Below are positions 51,733 to 64,000 of a stretch of DNA of 64,000 bases, piece after piece. The notes under the pieces are model-generated. The model saw only the letters and a list, made by a program, of their open reading frames with translations. It was not told the DNA's origin and did no database searches. The translations under genes were made by a program, and so were the position numbers. The DNA is from Gracilinanus agilis (taxonomy: Eukaryota), in NCBI RefSeq assembly GCF_016433145.1, contig NC_058132.1, forward strand, positions 89,362,114-89,426,113, written 5' to 3'. The number at the start of each line of letters is the position of its first letter. Position 1 is the first letter of the stretch.

Positions 51733-53843
51733 ATAAACTATTTCACGAATATTAGTTCATTTTTTTTCTTACAAACCTTAAAGGTAGGTATAATTATCAC
51801 TATTTTAACAGGTGAGTAAGCTGAGACTGATAGAAATTAATTAATTAATCAAGGTCACACATTTATAAGTGTCTAAGGTCATATTAAGTTCATCTTCTTT
51901 TTCATTAGGAAGGGATATAGGGAGTATATTCCAAGAATGTGTCTAGGGTCACAGAGCAAGTTAGTATTAGAATTTGGATTTGAATTCAGATCACCTAGAG
52001 TCCAGCTCTACTGTTCTATTCCCTATTCCCTAAACCACCTAACTGCCTAGGTAATATGCAAAGTAATTTAATATAAAATAATTTAGCAGGCAGATATATA
52101 AAATAATAGGACCAGAGTTGCATTTTATAGGAAGAGAGGGATTCTGTGAGGAGAAGATAAAGGGAGCACATTCCAGGTATGTGGGCTGAACGATGCTGTT
52201 ATATAGAAGGGATGCATAGTGTGCTGTGTGTGCCAGAGGCTATTTTAGCAGAATCAAACAGTGTGGAAGGGATAGCAATGGTCAGTGAAGTTGGAAAGAT
52301 AACTTGGGGGAATGTTGTGAGGGATTTTAGATGGCAAATAGAGGAGTTTACATTTTATCCTAGAAGCAATAAGAAGTCACTGGACTTAATTGCGTAGGGA
52401 ATTGGACAGATCAGCCCATAAATAAAATGATTTTGGCAGCAGCATTTGAGTGAATGAACTAGCAAAGTGAGAGATTTGAATCAGGAAGGCCAATTAGAAG
52501 CCTCTGGTAAACATGAAAATATGTATTGTATGATAACCCATGTGCAACCTATATCATATTACCTGCTGTCATTGGGAGAGGGAAGGAATGGGAAGGAAGG
52601 AGAGAATGTGGATAATAAAATATCAGAAAACTGTGATTAAAAATTGTATTGACATGTGAAAATAAATAAATAAATCTAGTATAGTAATTTGTTTTGCAGT
52701 TTTCTTTAAAAAATGCCTTTTCAAGCAATATGGAAAAGAAATATGGTGATGAATAACATTTATAAGAGTGCTTTAAGGTTTGAAAATTACTTCATATTAG
52801 TCATTACATATGTTCCTCATCAAAGTCCTATGATGTAAGATTTTTTATGATCATGTCAATTTCACAAATGAGGAAATTGAGACTGAGAGAGTTTAAGTGA
52901 CTTGCCCAGGTTCAGATGATATTTAGTTATTTTTCATTTGTGTCTGATTTTTTGTGCTCCCATTTGGGGTTTTCTTGGCAAAGATACTAGAGTGGTTTGT
53001 CATTTCCTTCTCTGCCTCATTTTACAGTTGAGGAAACTTAGGCAAATGGTTAAGTGACTTGCTCAGGATCACACAGCTAGGGTATAAGAAGATTTGAACT
53101 CAGGAAGATGAATCTTTATGATTTCAGGCACTCAATCTATTGTGCCACCTAGAAGCTCACCAGGTTCGTATAGTAAAATAAATATTTGAGGAAATATTTG
53201 AAATTCAGATTACAAGTTTAACTCTCTATCCACTACAAAACCTAGCAGCCTCTAAAATGAATGTGGTTGTCATGATGTGAGTAGAGAGAAAAAAGTTAGA
53301 TGTTAAAAAAATGTTGAAGCATACATCAGGACATTGGACTTAAAGTCAAGAATCCATGGGTTCAAAATTCTTCCTTAGATATTTTTTAGCTGTGTAACCT
53401 TAGACAAGTCATTTTAAACTCCCTAAGCTTCAGTATCCTTATTTGGAAAATATGAATAGTACCTACTTCACACCCTTATCCCAAAGATCAAATGAGATTA
53501 CACTTGGAAACCATTCAGTGCTATTTAAAGGCTAGTAGGTTTTTTTAATTATTATTATTATCATTTTTATCATAGAGATACAAATAACAAGATTTGGCAA
53601 TTGACTAAATATATAGGAATAAAAGAAAATAAAATGTTGAAGAAAATGCTTAGGATGAAGACCTAAGAGCTCAAAAAAAATTAGTAGTTACCTTTGATAG
53701 AAATAGTAAAACTTATAAAAGGTGACAATTTGGTGGGGGGGTAAGATAATGAGTTCAGTTTTGGATATGTTGAGTTTTAATTGTTTCTGAGATATTCAAT
53801 TTGAAATGAGAAATTCAATGGTAACGTAAAGTCTGGTGCTGGG

Positions 53844-54003
53844 NNNNNNNNNNNNNNNNNNNNNNNNNNNNNNNNNNNNNNNNNNNNNNNNNNNNNNNNN
53901 NNNNNNNNNNNNNNNNNNNNNNNNNNNNNNNNNNNNNNNNNNNNNNNNNNNNNNNNNNNNNNNNNNNNNNNNNNNNNNNNNNNNNNNNNNNNNNNNNNNN
54001 NNN
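53844..54003. other. Assembly gap (160 N)
   Basis: Run of n characters. Confidence 1.
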
Positions 54004-54110
54004 NTGAATGATTTAGCTATTCTCAGGAATACAATGATCATAAATAATCCCATAGGACTCATGAGAAAAAATGCTATCTAGTTCCAGAGAGAAAGAAATG
54101 ATAGACTCTT

Positions 54111-54305
54111 TTTTTTTTATTTTAAACCCTTAACTTCTGTGTATTGGCTCCTAGGCAGAAGAGTGGTAAGGGTAGGTAATGGGGGTCAAGTGACTTGCCC
54201 AGGGTCACACAGCTGGGAAGTGTCTGAGGCCAGATTTGAACCTAGGACCTCCACCTCCTGTCTCTAGGCCTGACTCTCAATCCACTGAGCTACCCAGCTG
54301 CCCCT
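54111..54305 (-). mobile_element. SINE1_Mdo-like SINE nested in an L1 3' end
   Basis: TSD GAAATGATAGACTCTT (54095-54110, 54306-54321). Confidence 0.9.
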
Positions 54306-57300
54306 GAAATGATAGACTCTTAATGCTGATTGAAATATACCATTTTTCACTTTATTTTCTTCATTTATTTTCTTTTTCATGTATCTTTTTCAATATGATG
54401 AATATGGAAATATTTTGTGCAATAACACGTGTATAACCAATACTAAATTGTTTACTGTCTCAGGGAGTAGGGGAGAGAGAATTTGAAACACAAAATGTTA
54501 GAAAACAAATACCAAAAATTACTTTTGTATGTAATTGGTAAATATCAAGAAAATAAAAATAATAATGTTAGGTATAATATTATAATAAAAATAAACAATA
54601 ATAATTTATAATATATCTAGAACTAGACATGATAACACCAGTATGGTTTCTTGAGGGAAGACAGAGTTCAGCCAAAAAAAAACAACAAAAAAAAAACTCT
54701 TCCCTAATCCTGGTACTCTACTTATATCAATTAATTAATCTTAAAATGATACTGATGTTGCAATTCAGTTTAATCCCAAGATCTTTGTCAGAGAAACTGC
54801 TATCTAATTTTGCTTCACTGATCTTGTGCTTCTGAAGTTGATTTTCCAAAAATACATATATAAATTTACATTAAACACTATTAAGTTTTCTCTTATTCCA
54901 TTTGACAGTATTCTAACATGCCAAAGATATTTGTATCTTTGATTCTGTGGTCAAAAGTTTTACCAACCCCTCTAAGCTTGGCTCCATGTACTTGAAAAAT
55001 GTACAAGTCACTGATAAAAAATATTAATACCCCATGACCAAGCTTTGATCCTTAGAGAAATTCAACAAGGATTTCATTCCAAGAAGAGTGTACCCATTAA
55101 TGATTATTTTATGGATTCCTATATTTGACCATTTCCAAATCTTCATTGGCAGCTAGGAGGCCCAATGGATAGAGTACCAGACCAAAAGTCAGGAATACTC
55201 ATCCAGGTTCAAACCTAGCCTCAGACGTTTACCAGCTTTGTGATTCAGGGCAAGTCATTTACCTCTGTCTCAGTTTTTTCTTATATAAAATTGGGATTAT
55301 AATTATACCTTTAACTCAAAGTTGTTGTAATGTTTAAATGAGATAATAATTATAAAATAGCTAGCACAATTCATACTGCAGAGTTAGCGTTATATGTCAA
55401 CTAGTATTATTTTTATTGTTGTTATTATTATTGCACTGTAATCCTGTTCACTTTTCATTTTTTGTACATGACTAGTGGGAGACACATGATCAAGTTCTTT
55501 ATTAAAACGTAGGAAAATCATAATTATAGCAGTAAAGTATCAACTAGTCTAGTAATATTATAATAAACAAAATGAGGCTAATTTGATCTTACCTTTTGTG
55601 GATGAAGCCATTCTAATTCTTTATAATCACTGTTTTTCTTTTGAAATTGCCCAAAATCATACAACTCAATGTCTAAGAACAACAGTTTGAACGCAAGTCC
55701 TTTACTTCCAGAACCAGTAGATATTCATTAATCATCCCTTTTAACTTGTGCCTCAGAATTTTACCAGTATTAAAAGTGATCTATTTGCCTATCATCTACA
55801 AATTACGTTCTCTTCTCCCTCCCTTGTTTCTTACCTCAAAGTCTGGTGTGTGTTCAGTCTCCAAACCTCTACCACCCCTCTTATATCTGAAATCTTTCAA
55901 AGACCACTGATGGTGACTCAACAATTGCATATGCTTCAGTCTCCTTATCTTGCCCTTTTGATCTCTTCTTTTTCCTTAGTTTGCTTCTCCTTCACGCAAT
56001 TTTATTTCTCACCATCTAATTTTTTCTTCTTTCCTTCTTCCATACTATGCTCCACCCTTTCTACTTCTTTTTCCTCTCCTTCTCTTGCTGATGCTATTAT
56101 TCCTTATGTTTTTTCTTCTCTTCCTCCTCCTGGAAGGCCCTTATTTGCCCTAAGCAGGGAAGAACAAAAAAGAGAACATGGTTCCTTTTAAACCTGGCTT
56201 CATGTTACCAAACGACCCCAATCATCCTAAAACATCTTGATGTAACTTATGTCATATTACTCTTGGAAGCAAATGATTTGCATGCAGTTTTCAGCTCTAA
56301 CACTTAATAATTTGGTTATCATAAATTTATGTGAGTAACAGCTTTTGCATCTATATAATATATAATATATAATAATCATGGTGCTTCATATAGCTTTTGT
56401 GAGATAGGTAATGTATTGATTTCAAAGTGTTTTATAGATCAATTTGACAATAAGCATTTATTAAGTGTTTATGCCAAATACTATGCATTAAATTAGGTTT
56501 CAATAAACTAAAATAAGTTACAAATTATAGTACCTTCCCTCAAAGAAATTACAATCCTTTTGACTCTTCACAAACTCATTTGGAGTTTTCTTGGCAAATA
56601 TACTGTAGTGTTTGCCATTATTTCCTTCTCCAGTTTACATTTTACAGATTGATAAGATTGAGGAAATAGGATTAAGTGACTTTGTCTAGGGTCACACATT
56701 TATTAAATGTCAAAGACCAGATTTGAACTCAGAAATATGAGTCTTCCTGCCATTAATTCCAGAACTCTATCCTTTGTGCCACCTAGCTGCCCTACCTTAA
56801 TTCAAATATAAATGTATATAAAATATATTTAAGATAATTTAGTGGTAGGAGTGAGAGAAGCACTAGCAGCTAAGGGCATTAGGAAATGCCTCATTTAAAA
56901 GCGAGATGCCACTTCAGTAGAGTTTTGAAGAAAACTTGAGAATCTAAGAAATAAAAGGGAAAAAGGGAGCCCATTATAGACATAAGGAATAGTCTATTCA
57001 AAGTCATAGAGAAAGGAGAAAATATCTTATGTGAAGAACAGCAAGAATGCCTGTGCCAAGAAAGGTGTGATTATATGAGTAGAGTGAAAGAGACAGGTGA
57101 GAAATACTTCAAGGGAGAATCAACAGGTCTTGATGACTTATTAGACATGTGAGGTGAGTTATATGCATGTATACTACTATGATTTTTCTGCCTTCTTCCT
57201 AAAGCCATCAAGGTTTTAAGATGCTTTTGACTTTTCTATAAAAGGAAATTTTCAGGACTTTCCTTCAGATTGCAAGTGTCACATCTTTTCCTCTACCCTT

Positions 57301-57477
57301 CACCCAAAGGACTCTCATTGTGCCTATAAAACAATGAACTCTGAGTATAAAGACTAGAATTCTACTCCTGACCCTTCTAGCAACCAGCTATATAACCTGC
57401 TGTAAGTCCTTTCCCTTCTTTTGGCCTCATGTTGTTCATCTATAAAATAAGGGAGCTTGATTCAAGTATTCAAATGC

Positions 57478-57479
57478 TG

Positions 57480-57527
<48 letters not shown>
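57478..57527. repeat. (TG)n microsatellite with one CG interruption
   Basis: Directly visible. Confidence 0.97.
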
Positions 57528-57528
<1 letters not shown>

Positions 57529-57549
57529 CAGACATAGAAAGCCAGAGAC

Positions 57550-57715
57550 AAAGCTCTTTGGTGATTCAGTGAGGCCCACAGATCCCTCCTCAAAATTTTG
57601 TTTTTCATTGAATAAAATAAAATTCATTTGATTATAAATAAGATCAATTATATTGAAATAGTTATCATAATAAATATTTATTAAGGTTCATGGATTCCAA
57701 GTTAAGAAAATCTGG
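57550..57715. mobile_element. Degraded hAT-Charlie-type non-autonomous element
   Basis: CAATTATATTGAAATAGTTATC...GGTTCATGGATTCCAAGTTAAGAA resembles the Charlie/Chap-type consensus. Confidence 0.5.
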
Positions 57716-59609
57716 ACCATGTGTTATTAAATGTCTCTTTGAAATGTTATGTTAGATGGGAAAGGGTGAATAGGTTTGCATTATAATTTTTATTTTAGAG
57801 TTGAGGAAACTGAGGCAAACAGAGGTAAATTGACTTGCCCAAAGTCACATAGCTAGTATATGTCTGAGAATTTAGATCTTCCTGGATCCAGGCTTAACAT
57901 TCTTAGATACTATACCTCCTACTACCATGGTTTTGCGATAACCTAATAAAGAAACATTGGTCTGGTTTAAATCCTTTTTACAAAATTCCTCTATAATCTG
58001 ACCTCTTCTGCCAACAAAGGAACATTCTAAAGAAGTCAGAAAAGAATTGATATGCATCCAACCAATTCTGATATTTGCAACCCAATCACCCTTAACAGCT
58101 TTTCTGTCTATGTTGGACTTCATCACTCACCATTTAAGGGCTCTGCAAAATAGCAGAGAAATACATTTCCACCAATGGAGATACTCTGGGCCACAATCTA
58201 GGATGGTTAAGGAACTATCAGCATCTTCACTTTCAGGTTGATTCAGAGAAGGTATTTATAGTCCACTGAGAGTTTCTCTGGACCAAGAATTCCCATGTGA
58301 AAAAAATCAACTACTCCCTTAGCACGGAGGCTATGAGAAGGAAATGACTGTCTAGATTAGAGAAAATTAAAATTGGTTCAGTTTTCTAGTTGAGAATCAC
58401 AGGGAACATGGGCATTTTCTAAATCATTTACTGTAGATTCTCTAACACATATTATTTTTAAGCAAATTAGTGCATATTCTGAATAAATGAGGACAATAAC
58501 TAGCCTAATAGACAAAGTAATATTCAAAAATAAGGGACAATGTTGAAATAAACTAGAAAATTGTGTGTGTATGTTAGTGCATAAACAAAATTAATCCCTT
58601 TAAGGAAACAATATCATGGCAAAGAAGGTAGGTATTTCCAGCAAATTACTTTAATATCTAAAATAGAGTTTATAGTGAAGTGATAGAAAAATAAAATGAA
58701 AGAGTCAATATCTAATAGAAAAATGGTTATCAGTGTGGTCAATCTTAGCAGGAGTTGTCTTAAAGTATTGCCACAGGTGAGTCAAAACTGCCTTAGAAAT
58801 TACTAGGAGTTCCAAAGAGATTGGATTATTGCAATAGCCATAGGGATGAAACATCTGCATTCGGCAAGGGTAAGGGCAAACCATTTGTAATAATCATATA
58901 TTTCTAGAATTTGTTGCACTAAATTTGGGACTTTTAAGAACCAAAAGTTGCAAAGACCTTGAAAGACCAAGCCATTATGGAGACACTGCATAGAATAAAT
59001 GTAATACTTGCCAGATTCATCTTGGGTATTTCAGAAGATTTGCAGGTTTTTTTACTAACTATGCTCACCAAGTTGTAATAAGGGGATTAAACAGGTAAAG
59101 TTGTAATAGGGGATAAGGCAAGTGGATGGGGTTTGTGAGTCCCTAAGCCAGTAGGTGGGAAAAGGAGGGTACAATGATAGAGGTAGTAAATTGAGGTGGT
59201 AGGAGGTGTAAGGGAATGTTTGAGTTTTGGAAATATGAAAAACTGAAGTATAAAGAGCTGCAAAGGGAGAGGATGAGGTAGTTGGGCAGGCAGCTGCAGA
59301 AGGGAGACACAGACTGGGTACACAGGTTTGAGACAGAGACACTGAAGGGAAACAGACTGAGCCCACCAGGTAGGAAGGGCACCACCTCTACAGACAAAAG
59401 TTAGGGCCAGGCAGAAATGGCTTGAAACTGACTAGAGGGCTTTCTAGTCAGTTTCTCAGGTTCACAAAGGAAAAGTCCAGAGGAAGTATAGAGATCACCA
59501 CTTCCTCCAAAATGGACACCTCCAACTCCCCTCAGGACCCAGAGAGAGAAACTATTCCTTTCTCTCTCCTTCTCCCTCTTTTATCATTCAACCAATGATT
59601 TAGCCAAAG

Positions 59610-60250
59610 GTTTGATTAAATGACAACAGGATTTATTGAGTTTCAGGGTTGATTGTAAAAGACAGAGGGATACAAGGTATCTCTAACAACCACCTATGGA
59701 GAAGCTTCAGGTTGGGGAGGGACACAGGAATGAGAGACTGAGAAAGGACCTGCCTCACTCAGTTCCAGGAGGTTTTGTTGCCTTTAAGGTTAGGAAAGTT
59801 GCCTACAATGATTCAGGAGATAATTTGTATCTAGGGTAAGCCCTACTTGACTAAGGGGAAACTAAGTCTACAAAGTTTGAATGTTACCCCCCAGATCCAC
59901 CCTGCTTCCAAAAACCCACAGGAAATTAGGAAAGGAAATGGTGATTGGGATAGGGAAGGTCAGGGAGATCCAGAGGAATTAGCTAAGCTACAAATCTTAA
60001 GAGAAAAGCTGCAGAATCCAGGCCAGGTTTTCAACCCAAAGATCAAGCTCAGTTGACCCTCCTGCTCTGACCAAGACTCCAGGATCAACTGCCTCTAGTC
60101 AGGGTTATAAACCCTTTTCAACTGTCAGAAATTCCACAGTAAGGCTTTGCAGGGTTGATTTGCACCTTTTGCACCACAGCAGGTATGCATGAGGACTTCC
60201 TAAGGAAAGAAATCCAAGTTGTTAGTATCATTTAATAAAAATACAATAGG
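59610..60250. mobile_element. Probable LTR (solo, or part of a second degraded ERV)
   Basis: GC-richer non-SINE/LINE block with AATAAA on - at ~59634-59639 and a TATA-like TTATAAA at ~60105; orientation and ends uncertain. Confidence 0.4.
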
Positions 60251-60619
60251 ACATAGATAATGTTATGTGGTTTTCTGAATCACTATATGGACATAGGGAT
60301 CTTAATTTACTGTTATTTCAGCATTTAAAAATTTAGTTTGATATAGAAGATACATGTATATTTTATGTAGGTGTGTTTTTATGGAATTTGGTCAATACTC
60401 TAGAGACCAAGTTTCATTGCTGATTTATTTTTATTTTTTATTATAAACTGGATAACCATCCAAAACATGAATATTTTCATATATGAGGAATTCCATAAAA
60501 AGATAATTAAATTGGAAAACACATAATTTAATATACATAATGTAAACATATATACGTGTAAGGTATATTTCTGTGTATATGTATAATTTACTTCTAGGAT
60601 GTTCTGAAGGCTATAAGCT

Positions 60620-60855
60620 ATTTATCAGGCAAAGACCTATCTGCATCTCTACTACTCAGTGTTGATAGAGCCATAGTAATTAGTAAAAAGACCATCGTCC
60701 TGCAGACATGAGGCAGATACTTCCATAGTGTCCTCAACAGACAATCATCATCTCCTACTGAAGCCACTTACTGCATATTTCAGGTTGAAGGTAATCCCCC
60801 TCCAGCTGAACTTCCAAATGAAGAAAATATTTTGAATGCTCCTCTCGTGCCATTC
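60620..60855 (-). pseudogene. Possible ERV1 pol remnant (RNase H-integrase linker and HHCC finger)
   Basis: EW(A)REEHSKYFL...EGDYLQPE...GHYGSICL.......F....L...LCLIN has the spacing of ERV1 integrase N-termini (EW...GHSFL...EG..L.P...HYG...L...F...LC..N); stops present; by-eye match only. Confidence 0.4.
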
Positions 60856-61069
60856 TGATTAGGTAACCAGATAATAGTCCCCATCTGGGTCCCTTAATTT
60901 ATACAGTAGCTGACCAAGATTCACTGTGTTTATACTCTCATAAAACTTCATCATATGAAGCAACGGTCTCATTGTCCCCTGCTCTGGTCCCAATATACCT
61001 GCAGTACTCCACACACTTATGGCAACACATTTTAAGTATGATATTGATTGATATTCAAAAGGAATGTGA

Positions 61070-61335
61070 TTTTTAAATTGTTCCAAATCACAACTGATAA
61101 GAGAAATGAAAATCAAAGTAATTCAGAGATATCTCAAATCTTTAAGATTGGCTAAAGTAAAGGATAAAATTATCAATGTTGGAAGGGATGTCAAAAATAG
61201 GAACATTAATATTGTTGGTAGAACTGTGAACCAATCCAGCCATTTTGGAGAACAGTTTGGAATTGTGCTCGGAGAGCTATACAACTGGTACATCTTTAAA
61301 CTCAGAAATACTGTTGCTGCCATTATTTCACAATT
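61070..61335 (+). mobile_element. L1 ORF2 C-terminal fragment
   Basis: VGRTVNQSSHFGEQFG resembles the L1 VGG.VNW...E..W region. Confidence 0.7.
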
Positions 61336-61429
61336 TAAGAGATATGAAATACTTAGCCTTAATAAAATCAGTTATAGTGTGGGACCTCAGAGGTAACAGC
61401 AAATCTACAATTTACCTCTTCCTTGAATG

Positions 61430-61680
61430 GGGCAGCTAGGTGAAACAGTGGATAGAGAGTCTTGAATCATGAAGACATCTTCCTGAGCTGAAATCTGCAC
61501 TCAAACATGTACTAGCTGTTTGACTCTAGGAAAGTCATTTGACCCTTTTTACTTCAGTGTTCTAATCTGTGAAATGAGGTGGAGAAGGAAATGACAAACC
61601 ACTCCAATATCTTTGCCAAGAAAATACTAAATGGGATCATGAAGAGTTGGACATGACTGAAAATGACTACAGAACAATAA
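61430..61680 (+). mobile_element. CORE-SINE with RTE/Bov-B-like tail
   Basis: CORE followed by GGAGAAGGAAATGACAAACCACTCCAATATCTTTGCCAAGAAAA. Similar copies at ~27130-27376(-), 52930-53155(-) and 56565-56793(-). Confidence 0.7.
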
Positions 61681-61709
61681 AAGAATGACCCCATTGTCCA
61701 GGGGTAATA

Positions 61710-61793
61710 CATACATATATATGTATATATATAGATATATAGATATAGATATAGATATATATAGATAGATATATAGATATAGATATAGATATA
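61710..61793. repeat. (TA)n/(TAGATA)n compound simple repeat
   Basis: Directly visible. Confidence 0.93.
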
Positions 61794-62279
61794 AAAGAAG
61801 ATAACTGACAAAAAATGAGCTGTACTAAAAGTATATTATATATAAAGAAGAGTTGATAAAGACTGAAATGACTAGCCTAGAGAAGAAAAAAGTAAGACAT
61901 GATCTTTGTCTTCAAATTTTTGGACAAAAAAAATTTCACTGCAAAAAAGGAGAGAATAGTGGATCTGTCTTGCTCAGATGTTAGAAATAAGATCAAAGAT
62001 TGAAAGTTAAAGAGAGGAAGATTTGCTTCCCAATCAATCACTGATCAAACATGGGACACAAGGAAAAAGCGAGGAAACATCATAAACACATTTCAGAGAT
62101 GAATAAATGAGTAATGAATCAATGAATGGAAAAGCACTTATTTAAAGTTTTTTATGTACCGACTTCAATGGACACAAATTTTTAAAAAATAGAATATACA
62201 TATGTCTTCATCTACAAAATGAAAAGTTTAAGATAGATTGATTCTAAGATACCTTTCATCTCTTAAACTCTGATCCTGT

Positions 62280-64000
62280 AAAACACCTCATTGCCATTCA
62301 GAATAGCTGGAGCAATTCACAACTCCAACAGCAATGCATTAATTTCCCAATTTTGCCACATCCCTCCAACATTCATTACTCTCCCCTATTGCCATTTTAG
62401 CCAATCAGCTGCATGTGAGGTGATATCTCAGAGTTGTTTTGATTTTCATTTCTATAATTATTAGAGATTTAGAACACTTTCTCATGTGCTTATTGATACT
62501 TTTGATTTCTTTATCTGAATATTGCCTATTCATGTCCATTGCCCATTTATTGATTGGAGAATGGATTGATTTTTTGTACAATTGATTTAGCTCCTTGTAT
62601 ATTTGAGAAATTAGACCTTTGTCAGAGTTTTTTGTTATAAAGATTTTTCCCAGTTTGTTGTTTCCCTTCTGATTTTAGTTGCATTGCTTTTGTTTGTACA
62701 AAATCTTTTTAATTTAATGTAATCAAAACTATTTATTTCACATTTTGTAATTTTCTCTAATTCTTGCTTGGTTTTAAAATCTTTTCTTTCCCAGAGATCT
62801 GACAAATATACTATTCTGTGTTCACCTAATTTTCTTATAGTTTCCTTCTTTATATTCAAGTCCTTCCCCCACTCTGAATTTATCTTGGTGTAGGGTGTGA
62901 GATGTTGATCTAAATCCAATCTCTCCCATATTGTTTTCCAATTTTGCCAACACTTTTTGTTAAATAGTGGATTTTTGTCCCAAACGTTGGGCTCTTTCTG
63001 TTTATCATAGACTGTCTTACTGACATCACTTACCTCAAGTCTATTCCACTGATCCTCCCTTCTATCTTTAGCCAGTAAGATATTGTTTTTGATGACCACT
63101 GGTTTATAGTATAATTTAATATCTGGTACTGCTAGGCCACCTTCCTTTATGGTTTTTTTTAATTATTTCCCTTAATATTCTTGATCTTTTGTTCTTCTAT
63201 ATGAACTTTGTTATAGTTTTTTTTCTAATTCTGTAAAAAAAAAGTTTCTGGGTAATTTGATAGGCATGGCACTAAATAAGAAGATTAATTTGGGTAGAAT
63301 GGTCATTTTTATTATGTTAGCTCATCCTACCCCTGAACAATCAATGCTTTTCCAATTGTTTAGATCTAGTTTTAATTGTTTGGAAAGTGTTTTGTAGTCG
63401 TATTCATATAATTCCTGTGTTTGTTTTGATAGATAGATTCCTAAGTATTTTATATTGTCTAAGGTGATTTTAAAGGGTGTTTCTCTTTCTAACTCTTGCT
63501 GCTGAGATGTGTTGGAAATATGTACAAATGCTGATGATTTATGTGCATTTATTTTGTATCCTGCAACTTTGCTAAAGTTGTTAATTATTTCTACTAGCTT
63601 TTTAGGTGATTCCCTAGGATTTTTTTTTATTTTAAACCCTTAACTTCTGTGTATTGACTTATAGGTGGAAGATTGGTAAGGGAGGGCAATGGGGGTCAAG
63701 TGACTTGCCCAGGGTCACACAGCTGGGAAGTGTCTGAGGCAGGATTTGAACCTAGGACCTCCCGTCTCTAGGCCTGGCTCTCAATCCACTGAGCTACCCA
63801 GCTGCCCCTCTCTAGGATTTTTTAAGTAGACCATCATATATCATCTGCAAAGAGTGGTAGCTTAGTCTCCTCGTTGCCTATTTCAATATCTTCAATTTCT
63901 TTTTCTTCCCTAATTGCTACTGCTAGTGTTTCTAGTACAATGTTAAATAATAGGGGTGATAATGGGCATCCTTGTTTCACTTTCACTCCTGATCTTATTG
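62280..64000 (-). mobile_element. Relatively young opossum L1 ORF2 (RT to C-terminus), running off the window edge
   Basis: ORF 62635-63099(-) WNRLE...WDKNPLFNKKCWQNWK..LDQHLTPYTKINSEW..DLNIK; RT-region GDNGHPC (opposite-strand reading) at the window end. Confidence 0.92.
63626..63810 (-). mobile_element. SINE1_Mdo-like SINE nested in L1 ORF2
   Basis: TSD CTAGGATTTTTT (63614-63625, 63812-63823). Confidence 0.9.

Noticed and set aside
53796-54081. ORFs spanning the N run
   Set aside because: Artefacts of the assembly gap.
55748-56191. 147-aa Ser/Phe-rich ORF, and most other 60-130 aa ORFs in the track
   Set aside because: They lie in L2, L1, MIR or low-complexity DNA, often start at non-ATG codons, and have compositional rather than protein signal.
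58819-58863. Kinase subdomain VIa-like peptide DWIIAIAIGMKHLHS
   Set aside because: No HRD or DFG follows, two stops come shortly after, and there is no convincing exon structure.
60974-61002. Parvovirus VP1 PLA2-like words (ILGPEQG; RAGDN)
   Set aside because: The two words overlap in different frames and the HDxxY motif is absent.
1-64000. CRISPR arrays, operons, rRNA or other prokaryotic systems
   Set aside because: None seen; the recurring ~190-bp repeats are dispersed SINEs with TSDs in eukaryotic DNA.

Overview
AT-rich mammalian DNA. The SINE1_Mdo/Mar-type CORE-SINEs and L1 3' ends point to a didelphid marsupial (opossum-like); the species is inferred, not proven. The window is part of a class I olfactory receptor cluster with four intact single-exon OR52-family genes: two on + (4366-5310, 22750-23706) and two OR52E-like genes on - (31622-32560, 49596-50531). 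Most intergenic sequence is SINE, L1, L2, CR1 and hAT debris. Less routine content: (1) an old class I ERV (7957-~13900) that has lost CA/NC/PR/RT, so gag MA/p12 joins directly to the RNase H end and integrase, followed by a decayed gamma-type env and a long env-to-LTR interval; (2) a 3' retrocopy fragment of NDUFB10 (~15795-16008, -); (3) candidate OR promoters with O/E (EBF) and homeodomain motifs; (4) a second set of ERV-like remnants near 58.8-60.9 kb; (5) an unexplained block at ~47.3-47.9 kb whose translation can be threaded by eye onto the conserved core of paramyxovirus nucleoprotein. Item 5 is the most exciting lead but is unverified and could be chance. There is one 160-N assembly gap. 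All repeat-family and homology calls come from recalled consensus sequences; no searches were run. I cannot demonstrate a new biological system from the sequence alone.
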